From positions 672,344-736,343 of the forward strand of contig CAJINV010000013.1 in NCBI GenBank assembly GCA_905178155.1: a DNA stretch of 64,000 nt, read 5' to 3'. This DNA comes from Amoebophrya sp. A120 (lineage: Eukaryota; Protista; Dinoflagellata). The position numbers and the translations under genes are program-made. Below the pieces are notes generated by a model. The model had not been told where the DNA came from. It ran no database searches and saw only the letters and a list, made by a program, of their open reading frames with translations. Positions 23,330 through 32,896 of the stretch are shown piece by piece; positions within the stretch are counted from its first letter, which is position 1, and each line of letters starts with the position of its first letter.

Positions 23330-26023
23330 ATGACGTTTTCCAATGTGAGCCTGTGCTACATGGGCGCTCCAGTCGTGATCCAGGTTTTGCTCCTGCTGCA
23401 TACGGTGATTAACAACTGCTCCTTAGTAGCTGCCGATCCACAGTACCAGCAGTCTAGTACTCCTAGTACTCCAGTGCCTGTCGGAAAAATCGGAAGCAAG
23501 TCGTTTCTTTCGATTGCTTCACTACCACAAGATTTTGGCGAGGTGCCATCCGCGGCGCAGTGCCGAAACAACCCCGGGTGTGTATTGACAGGAAAAATCC
23601 CCCCTCCCCATATTGAAAAGGTACGTTTCCAAGAATTTGTGTTGCGGATTTGAGGTCACAAATCACGTCTGTCTTGCAAGAAGACAAGGGCAGAAGCTTC
23701 CGCCCCATTATGGAAGCGGTTTGTCATGCTGTTGGGCCTAAAGGGGGGCCGTTTGCCATGCTGCACTACTAGACCCATACGCCCCTACCTAGCCTGGGGA
23801 TCTGGCCGCAGTGCCTCTCTGCAATACAAAGCTGATTTGTGGCCACAAATCAGCATCACAAATTTCCGTTTTGATATGGGGAGGGGGGACTTTTCATTTT
23901 GATAATGTGTCGCAGTGGGTCTCACGGGAGACAACGCTTGCTGTCCGGTCAACGGAGTGTTTCTCGTAGCCTGTGCGAAAACGTTTTTATCATCCCCCGA
24001 CTGTGGCCTGTTTGTGAAGATGAACATGATGTATCAACATAATATTGCATGAGCATGATAAGATGCTTAAGTAATATGCATATGGACATGGAGGAATAGA
24101 ACGCGATTTTGTGTCGTGCAGTGATATGATGCATTCTCCTACGAGGACGAGAAGGTCTTGTTTTCTATTTTGGTGTTTCCGTATGGTGCTTGTCAGGTGC
24201 AGCGTAGACACGACGTATAATCGCGCCAGAACTCCTTGATTTGTATCACTGCAGATGAAGGAAGAAGATGATGGTGAACTCACACCTGTTTCTCTTTCTC
24301 GGCCACTGGTGGGTAATAGAAGCGTTTTTTATTTCCCTAGGATATCTCGCCTGCTGCAATCATCCGGGCCCCGCACCGGGTCCTCCAGTCCCGCCACCAG
24401 CCCCGCCGGTGCCGCAACAGCCGCCCCAGCCGGCCGGGCCGTTGCCAGACGAGAAAGATACGATTGCCACGATCTCATTGAACGTACACGACCACAGTGG
24501 AATAGTGGCTGAGCAAATTACCATGCTGAAGCAACTGATCGGGCTGCAGCCGAACCAGTATCCTAGAAAAAGCCACCATGATGATCCCTATTAATTAAGT
24601 ACCTTCACAAAATGCGAAAACACATGAAAATGGAAATGCAAATGTAGGAGCTGCCTACTATGTAGAAATATGCGCACTGCAAAAGCATAGAGGGGGGGGT
24701 CAGGGTGATTTTCTCTGCGATAACCTGGTCGCGGATTTCATTGTGTTTCAAGAAGCGAACTCCTACATGAATCTATCTAAAAAGAAAATTGCCTGCAAGC
24801 ATAGCGCAGTACTCAAATGAATATCAAAGGAATAGTACGACAGACAGGAGCTGCAGCGCCACTTTCTCACATCAACATAAAGAGATATGCGATGCTGAGC
24901 CAGCTTCTCGTGCCCTTCTTAGCCCCATTAGCATGTAGATGATATTAGTAGTAGAAGACCACTGGTGTGCACCAAGGGTGTGCTATGCTTTCGCTTTTTT
25001 CTCCGTGATACGGCATTGACCAAGTTCTCAACGGAGCCACGGACGACAAAAACGTCTGGGCCCTGGACCGCACCAGCCGGTTGAAGGATCCGACCAAGAC
25101 CCCGGTGACCGCCTGTGCATACGTCTATCCCGCAACGTGCCCACCCGCCACCTCCTGCGTCGGCGTCCGGGGCCCGCCCGGAGACTGCACCTGGTGGCAG
25201 GTGCAAGGAATCGCGATTGCGTACAACCAGAAGCGGTGGAACTTGGTGCCTGACAGTTTCTACGGCGTTCCCGTCGAAGAGGGATATGACGACCGGTACG
25301 GCCAACGGCGGTCGATCGCAGTCGCGCGCTTCGTGCGTCGCGAAGATCCCGAACGGTACATTACGGTCTCCACGATCCATGGGCCTCTACCAAATCGACA
25401 ACTGAAATGGGGCGAGATTGAAGACATTATTGTCGAGCACGCGTTCGATGGTACCACTACCACCAAAGGACCCGCGGGGCAGCTCCCGAAATTGAACATT
25501 TTTGCGGGCGATTGGAATGACCTCGTGGCTCGCAAGTATGAGCTGAGAGCCAACGTTAACGCCGTTGTGGCGAACTCCTTCTGGGCGTACGATGGCGCAA
25601 AAGACCCCGAGCCGATAATGACCGGCTTCGACAATATGCTAGTCGCGACGCCACGAAATCTTCCCTCTGGGTGGACTCCATCGGAGTTATCTCAGTGCAC
25701 AACCCCCTCTCCTGGGCCCCCTCAACATTGGTCATGTTGCACAATACCAACAAGACCACATAATTTATCAGAACCCCGAACAGTGCTGCAACAATCCGTG
25801 TGCGGATTCGACGTCATGTGAATGCTACTTGATACAAGAGGACTGGGTTGTTTTATTCTCCTGCAGCTACTGGTCGTGCGTTTATTGTTTAAGTATTCAC
25901 CTGAGGGGAACTACAAGGGGGAGTTGTGCACAGTCACACGGACGGATCTGGAAGCACTTTGTGGTTAACGTCGCGGCCACGGATCACACCATCACCAGTG
26001 CGATGATAGAGATCACAAAGTAA
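23330..26023 (+). CDS. Probably secreted endonuclease/exonuclease/phosphatase (EEP, DNase I-like) protein with N-terminal Cys-rich module and Pro-rich linker (about 438 aa, 6 exons)
   Basis: Exons 23330-23582, 23910-23966, 24350-24558, 24728-24773, 25016-25687, 25944-26023 total 1317 nt. EEP motifs appear in the correct order: ISLNV, DFIVFQE, STIH, AGDWN, GFDNML, TDH. Hydrophobic N-terminus; CRNNPGCVAVGLTGDNACCPVNGVFLACC module. All five introns are IR-type. Confidence 0.8.
23583..23904. mobile_element. Introner-like non-canonical intron (322 bp)
   Basis: TIR TATTGACAGGAAAAATCCCCCCTCCCCATAT / ATATGGGGAGGGGGGACTTTTCATTTTGATA; DR GTGTG/ATGTG. Confidence 0.88.
23967..24344. mobile_element. Introner-like non-canonical intron (378 bp)
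   Basis: Ends TAGCCTGTGCGAAAACG / CGTTTTTTATTTCCCTAGGATA; perfect DR TCTCG; removal gives GVFLA-CCNHPG. Confidence 0.82.
24559..24722. mobile_element. Introner-like non-canonical intron (164 bp)
   Basis: TIR TATCCTAGAAAAGCCACCATGA / TCAGGGTGATTTTCTCTGCGATA; DR ACCAG/ACCTG; removal gives QPNQ-VADFIVFQE. Confidence 0.8.
24774..25010. mobile_element. Degenerate introner-like intron (237 bp)
   Basis: Ends TATCTAAAAAGAAAATTGCCTGCAAGCATAGC / GCTATGCTTTCGCTTTTTTCTCCGTGATA; DR lost, but removing element+5 nt gives YMNL-DQVLNG in frame. Confidence 0.7.
25688..25938. mobile_element. Introner-like intron (251 bp), GTGCACAAC-type TIR
   Basis: TATCTCAGTGCACAACCCCCT / AGGGGGAGTTGTGCACAGTCACA; removing element+5 nt gives PSEW-IWKHF...ATDH, restoring the last EEP motif. 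Confidence 0.78.
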
Positions 26024-27261
26024 AAATGTCGCCAGCACCGGTGCTGACTTCGAAGATAGGCCTGCGCACATCAAACACATTTCTCATACGACGAAGGACG
26101 TCCAGGGATATAATGTTAATGGGAGAGAGACAGTTCTTTATAGTGCTTTTCACAATCTCTTGCTGGTTTTCATTGATCGTCTTCATCTGAATGTCAGCAT
26201 CAATCACCGCCGTGACTTCGCAGTAAATCAGTTCGAGCACCGAAATTGAAATATCAAGTCGTCGAGAAGTCGCAGAATATCATTGCTGACGAGATGATCA
26301 TTACGTACGTTTATGAGCCTATCGTTCTTGGTTTTGGCGCGTCCACCTGGTGCTGAAGGTCGGATAATCTCGCAGCTTTTTCACTGGTTTTACCAATTCT
26401 AGTCATTGTTATGTATGATGTACTCTACTTAGGCTCTTGCTAGTTTGTAGCAGTCCGACTGCTCAGAATCATACAGCACTTTTTTCCCATGTTGGAAAAG
26501 AGAAAAAAGCACTCCGCCACTTCCCGTTCTTCCTGGGAGATCGTGGTTTTTTTTTTCCTTTTCGTGTTTGTTCACGCCTGAAAAGATTTCTCTGGGTGTG
26601 CTAACAAAAAGTGATGAATTATTCGTACAACTACTCCCAGTTTCGACGTATATTCTGCAGGTAACAGAATTCCTATTCTAGCAGAAGTTTTGATGAAATA
26701 CCAGCATGGCTGCGCTGCTCAATGATAGGACAGCTTTTAGTTTTACCGACGTGGTAAATTGGAGACGAGGCGGGCCTTGCTCAAGGATTTGAGGACAAAA
26801 ACCATCTCGATCATTTGATGAAAAAAGATAGCGATGAATTTTTATCAAGAATAAAGATGAGCTTTATCCAATAGAAGTAAAAGCGCAAACCACCTCATTG
26901 TTCCTCGACGTAGGTGGGACCGGGAGTCTGGACCACGGTTCGTTGTGTGTATGACGAGTTCTTGCAGGCATTTGTTTTCTCGTGTTGTTGTCCTTCTGTT
27001 TATGACTATTAGCGCAAACGCCACTTCTTTGACGGCGTGAGATCTAGGTTGAGAGGATTGATGTCGAGGTGCCGAGTGAGGACGAGGGGACACAGAGCAT
27101 TTTTCCGCAAAGTTGCCTGCTGAAAACTCGTAAAATGACTCTCCTTGCTGCAGTTTGTTAAGTTGGACGGAGTGATAAATCGAATCCGAAGTCAAAAACT
27201 AGCTCGGGTTGGCGTCGTTTTTTCTATACGTTGCGAGGATATAACTCGTCACAAAAAAGAG

Positions 27262-30200
27262 ATGATGAAGCCACCTAGTGTGAGCAAGGTTCTCCACAAG
27301 GGGGGATCTTTTTCAACCGGCCGCACGCCCGCAACTTCCTCGGGGACCAGCGGTACTAGCCGAAGAAGTGGATCGGCGATGAACCAGAGCGACTTGAAAG
27401 AGCTGTGGGGCTTTCTCAAGTCACTGAAACCGACGGTGCGACGCGGGACCTACGTTTTCGCAACGCTTCCACTAGAGGAATTGGAGAAGATTCCCCGAGC
27501 GGTATGATAAGTAGTGGGTGGTTGATGTTTTCACCAGTATTCGTAGATGGTAAAGAGATGCGCGAGTGAAGATTTTTCAGCGCCTTGTGAGGTGGTGGAC
27601 GAAGACGTGGATGATCATGTTGATCGAGGATTGCGATACAATTTTACTTATTTCAATTTCAATCATGTGTCGTAGTCAGAAATGACTCTGACTGTAAGCT
27701 AAACAAGCTCTATGTGGCCTCCACAGGACACGGTTTGCGAGTTCAAGGAGACGGTGGACAGACAGGCGGTCGCAGTGGTATTCGAGAAGGATAAAGCGGA
27801 AAAACACGCTGCGATTTTGCAGCAAAACCAAAACCGCGCAGCTGGTACAAAATCAGCGACAAGTATCGGCACAACAGGAAATGTAAACGAAAAGAGTGGT
27901 GCGACTACAGTAGCTGAAGAAGGAATACTACCATCAGCAGAAGTGGAAGAACCAACTGCAATTCCCAAGCCAAAAACTCTGCTCTCCCCACTAGAAGCGT
28001 GTTGGATTCAGCTGGAGGCCACCTACTCCGCTGCAGAGTCCATCGGGTTGACGGCGGTGTTCTCTCGCGCACTGGCGCAAGCGATATCCCGTGCAAAAGT
28101 AGCGCACGAGGACTCTAGCGAATTGCATTTGCATAGCTGTAACTACGTTTTTTCCGATTTTCTTTTGCAGCAAGCATCACGACACCCAACTGGTCCTGGG
28201 TCGGATTTGTATACAACTAGTGCAATGTAGTAAAAAAACAAGATAAGACAGAGACTTTGGTGCGATACTTTTCTTTGCCGTGCATAAAGGAATATCAGCT
28301 GTAATATCATTTCTGGCTTTTACCACGACCACTTGTTTATCGCAAAGCAGGACGAAGTATGCATTGCAAAAATGTCTGGGTCTGGGAGATTGCAAGACTT
28401 GTCATGCTAGTCTGGCATGACTCTGAACTCTGTGTTGCACGGCCGCGAAGAGCTCCTCCTCCCTGCTGTCATGCAAAAACGCAGTTTGTCATGCGGAGCG
28501 GGCAACTCAGAACCAAGAAAAAAACTTGTCATGCTTGGCAGCGCATCATGGCGAGTTCACTATTCCCTTTCTTGCATCACAAGTTTCCAGACCCAGACAT
28601 ATTTACAATCCATACGAAGAAAAGGCGGTGGTGTTGTTGGAGGCCATGAGCTATCCTGTGCAAAAGTATCGTACTCGTATAAATGCAAGTCTTGCATCAC
28701 AAATTTTTTTCTGAAGGCAAATCAGCATTACAAATTTTATTTTTCATGCTGAGGAAATTTGTATGCCGCCCTGGTGGTCCTTAATTTGTAAGCCAGGTGG
28801 AGGCGCCGCCCTGGTTGCTGGTTTGGGAGGACGCAGCTCTCGTGTGCCGGAGCACCTGTATGCCGCTGGGGGACGCAGCAGCTTTTTGCTGTTGAATCGG
28901 TCCGGATTAGCGCAGCAGGGGCCTTGCTTGTGGCCCCTCACCTGTGTTTCGTCCCTGCATGCATAAGGACCTCCAGGGCTGTGCATCATGTTCGACCTAT
29001 GTAGACGCTTGCTGCGTGTCTACGCCTCCGCGCAGCATGGGCCCGGTCCCATGTTGCACGTGGTGCCTGCCTCTTCGCGCGCCAGCCCCGTTTGCTTCTA
29101 CCGCTACCGCTCTTACGAAAGGCCTTCAGAATTTATTGCCATACATATTTACAAGCGCTTAAGTATAAGTAGCCATACTAAGTTTTGCAATTTAAGTAAG
29201 TGTCTTCTCAGTAGAAGTTTACACTACTTAGTCGCGATTTATTGGCTTTAGTAGGCCTCTGAATGGCAAAGGGACGAACTGCCCGTAGACCTCCGATGTG
29301 ATGCGGTATTCGCCCTTGTTGTGGTGGCAGCAAGTACTAGGCGATGCCAAACCTTCCCTCTTTTTTTCTTTTTTCCAAACGATATCAGGCATACTTACCG
29401 TGGTCCTTACAGACACGGGAGGTAGCGTGTGTGTAGTGTTTTTTCCTTTCCAGGGCTCTACGTGAAGAAGAAAGATTCCATATATTCGGTTCGTATCTCG
29501 TGTGCCCACATCGTCGAACTACGTCGAATTGCGTGGAACTTCGTCAGTTTTGTAGCGGTAGTTGCACGCCTGCGCCCCTGCCGCCTTTCGCGCTCGGGTT
29601 TTTGTTTTCGATAGGTTTGTTTATGATGCTTGCGTACGAGAGCTCCCAAGCCAGGTGGAGGCGCCGCCCTGGTTGCTGGTTTGGGAGGACGCAGCTCTCG
29701 TGTGCCGGAGCACCTGTATGCCGCTGGGGGACGCAGCAGCTTTTTGCTGTTGAATCGGTCCGGATTAGCGCAGCAGGGGCCTTGCTTGTGGCCCCTCACC
29801 TGTGTTTCGTCCCTGCATGCATAAGGACCTCCAGGGCTGTGCATCATGTTCGACCTATGTAGACGCTTGCTGCGTGTCTACGCCTCCGCGCAGCATGGGC
29901 CCGGTCCCATGTTGCACGTGGTGCCTGCCTCTTCGCGCGCCAGCCCCGTTTGCTTCTACCGCTACCGCTCTTACGAAAGGCCTTCAGAATTTATTGCCAT
30001 ACATATTTACAAGCGCTTAAGTATAAGTAGCCATACTAAGTTTTGCAATTTAAGTAAGTGTCTTCTCAGTAGAAGTTTACACTACTTAGTCGCGATTTAT
30101 TGGTTTTAGTAGGCCTCTGAATGGCAAAGGGACGAACTGCCCGTAGACCTCCGATGTAATGCATTTATACGAGTACGAATGCGATACTTTTGCAGTTCAT

Positions 30201-30743
30201 ATGTGCCGGTTTGCCAATCACCAGCAGTTTGAGGTTCTTTCGGCTTCTGGTCCTGACACCGAGGACAATGTTCTTGCCGAGAGCGGCCGAGATCATGAAG
30301 CTTCTCTGGAAATGGAAAAAAGCGCCGAGGGACGGGAAGACAAGGTAGTGAAAAATGCCGTCTCCTCCTCGACGTCCTCGAGTGACAATATCAATATCAA
30401 GACGATGAAGGATTCCCTCGATGTGATCGTCGAACAGGAGGAGACAAATCTCCTGCACAGAGGTACCGGCAGCAGGAAAAGCAGTCGTGGCCGCGTCGTG
30501 ACGCCAACGCCAGACGGTAGTTGTGTACCGTCCTCACGGTCTAGTCTATTGAAGAATGAAAATGGTAAGCTGAGCGGTACTAGTAATTCTCGTCACACCG
30601 GTAATATCAACACGCCGGCGGGCGGCACGGCCGTGCCGCGGAGTACCCGGAGGAGGTCGAGTACTGGGAGGATAGCCGGAACTACAGGACCACATCTAGG
30701 GGCTCCTGCACCTGCATCAACTCCGGCTGGAGGCGTTGCATAG
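27262..30743 (+). CDS. ACT-domain protein (DUF2241/ACT_3 + ACT_7, CASTOR-like) with low-complexity extensions (about 410 aa, 5 exons)
   Basis: Exons 27262-27501, 27727-28084, 28292-28357, 28620-28651, 30207-30743 total 1233 nt. Motifs LKSLKPTVRRGTYVFAT and [31 protein letters not shown]. One GT-AG and three IR-type introns. Confidence 0.82.
28085..28286. mobile_element. Introner-like intron (202 bp)
   Basis: TATCCCGTGCAAAAGTAGCGCAC / GTGCGATACTTTTCTTTGCCGTGCATA; DR AGCGA/AAGGA; removal restores [10 protein letters not shown]. Confidence 0.82.
28358..28614. mobile_element. Introner-like non-canonical intron (257 bp), family A
   Basis: TIR TATGCATTGCAAAAATGTCTGGGTCTGG / CCAGACCCAGACATATTTACAATCCATA; DR CGAAG; homologous to 17973-18225. 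Confidence 0.92.
28652..30201. mobile_element. Giant introner-like intron (1550 bp) carrying duplicated cargo
   Basis: TIR TATCCTGTGCAAAAGTATCGTACTCGTATAAATGCA / TGCATTTATACGAGTACGAATGCGATACTTTTGCAGTTCATA; DR TGAGC/TGTGC; removal gives LLEAMS-RFANHQ. Confidence 0.82.
28790..30157. repeat. Two near-identical 510-bp direct repeats (28790-29299, 29648-30157), period 858 bp
   Basis: Direct comparison by eye found one substitution (GGCTTTAG vs GGTTTTAG); the duplicated ORFs in the track confirm the 858 offset. Confidence 0.93.
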
Positions 30744-32314
30744 GAAGCAGGCGCACCCGGCACCATCGTAGTTGGGGCGTGGAACAAGTGAAGAAAAAGA
30801 TGAACGACTGAAACAAACGAACAGCAGGTCGACGTCGACGTCGAGCTGCAACCAATCTGATGAACAAAAACGTATTACGTCGTAGGATAGGTGAAAACTA
30901 TCTGAGGATTTTTACAATTTTGGTGCAGTAGTTTCGCTGAAATTTTTGAACGCAGCGTCGGTCGTTATTCATCGCGGACATGTGATGAATTTGCGATTTG
31001 GATTTTTTTGTTCAACATGATGAAGGAGAAGCTACGGCTTCTTGTACAAAGATTTACACAAAGTAGAAAAAGATCAGTACGTCGTCTTCGTGTGTGACGT
31101 GCATGAACCAGCCATGAGAAAAAGATATCAGAGCCAGACGGCAATAGTACCTATGACATAGTCATGATGAGGGAAAGTTCTGAGACGGCCTGTAGTTGTT
31201 GATCAAGATTCTGAAAATACATCCGCCAGATCCGCGATCGGTTGATCAGTCGCGTTGAGCAATGCGAATCCCAAATCATGGGATGTAAGGAAAAAAAATC
31301 CAAGATCGTTACCTTCAGTGACCACTGATCAAAATCACCGCCAAATGTACTTTACATCGGATTGATGGTTCGCAGAGCGAAAAAAAAATTTCGGAATTTT
31401 CTCGTGAATATAGAAGAAATGAAACTGGTATGGCTATGGTTATGATGAAAATGAATTTTTTTTAGAATCAAACGGAGATCCTTGTTTGTATTTGCTTTTT
31501 TCAAAAGTTTTTGTATGGTCTACACTCAACCGGCATTTTTTTTTTCCGACAATGTTGAACAGAGGCAAACTTATTCTTTCAAAGCATTGCGTATATTAAC
31601 CGTATTTCTTCAACATCCAAAATCATCTATAGCACATTCAGCAAAGTTTTCGTCTACGACCAGTACGAGAATTATTTTTCACGACAACCAAGGGATCAGA
31701 TTCAAGAAGTCCCAGCGATTTATTTTTTACCTCGGCGAACTCATTTATCAGGGGTCAACTGGCCCGCTCTCTCTAGGAATTGCATAAGTAAGCTCTTCTA
31801 AGTACTTTGTTTTATTTTTCAAGAAAACCAGCAAATTCGTGATTGTCTTTGTCTGGCTCTTACTTGACCACGTGTAAAATCCTAATTAATTTGAAGGGAA
31901 ACACGACTCAACGTTTTTTCTGGAAGCCATCTTTCCACTGGATATTCCGTTCAGCAGGAACAAGAACAACAGCAAAAGTATAAAGAAGTGTGCATACAAG
32001 TTGTAGTGTTTCAGTTTCTCTTCGTATTCTGCCTATCTTGTAGGGATTTTCAAGTCGTTGCTCAGCACTTGCTTGTGGTCATACTACTCAACAAAACGAA
32101 GAATCCAATCCTATATACGGTTGGCCTGCTTCTCAATTTTAATTTCTTCGAAACCGAAGTTATTCTCGTTGTGCAAAAAGAAGAAACAACTCTGCATATC
32201 CACCACCTGTACGGCGACATTTTGAAGATATCTTCATCAAGTGATACTAGATATTTATGTCCGACAGCTTTTCAATCTTATCCGTAAGAACGAGGCGGGG
32301 AGAATTTGTATAAA

Positions 32315-32835
32315 TGTTGGCCATGGAAATCGATCCCGCACACACGTAACACGATCGCCCCAAATGACGCCTGTTCTCAATGGAATGACACTTCTGAATA
32401 GCCTGAACTAGCTAGATCCTTAGGGAAATGGTCAGAATCTACCTAGATCCTAAAGGAATCTCTTCGCCATGTTCCGCGAATGCCCCAAATACTACGAAGG
32501 CAAAGCCGTCAGGATCGTAGTGAAATGAATGGACTCAGCTCGGTCCAGACGTTCAGAATGGTCGCCCTGGGGGACTTGACTCCCGCCAGGGTCGAGCACC
32601 AAACCGAGAGGGTTGAGGGATGGACTCCCATGCTGTTTTGCCACTTGACTCTGAACCCGATTGGTCCATATGAATCTGATGAATTTGGATGAATTGAACC
32701 TACAGGATGCAACGCAGCAAGAGACTTGCGTCACTTGCTTGCTTACTTGCAATTGAGAGAATTGAAGCTGTTGATAACGAGCTCAGTGGAGCAAGCGTGT
32801 GTAAGTGTGTGCGAGTGTTCTCAAGTCCACTAGCA
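32315..32835 (+). repeat. 5' LTR
   Basis: Direct repeat of 38004-38524; about 16 substitutions counted by eye (about 97% identity). Confidence 0.94.
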
Positions 32836-32896
32836 CTACGCTACGCCTTGAGACTCTCTCAAGCTGGCTCCTATAGTCAGATAAGTTTATTTGAAG

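Noticed and set aside
23621-23626. AAG|GTACGT as the donor of EEP intron 1
   Set aside because: It lies within the left TIR region of the 23583-23904 element; the IR register gives a coherent Cys module and a DR.
29175-29181. GTAGCCAT just upstream as a dinoflagellate spliced-leader relic
   Set aside because: Only 8 of the 22 SL nucleotides match; no TTTTGGCTCAAG was seen anywhere in the window.
29254-29341. Patchy 5S rRNA-like words (GACCTCCGATGTGATGCGG, AGTACTAGG)
   Set aside because: Spacing between the boxes is too long, and the ends do not form 5S helix I; the resemblance is from memory only.
29391-29403. ATACTTACC resembling the U1 snRNA 5' end
   Set aside because: A 9-mer is expected about 0.5 times by chance in this window, and I could not find U1-70K/U1A loops or an Sm site at the proper spacing. 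Worth only a cmsearch.
28790-30157. 510-bp repeats as LTRs of a TRIM or a hammerhead retrozyme
   Set aside because: No shared TG...CA ends, TSD, PBS or PPT. A minus-strand CTGACGA near 29540 lacks the GAAA core.
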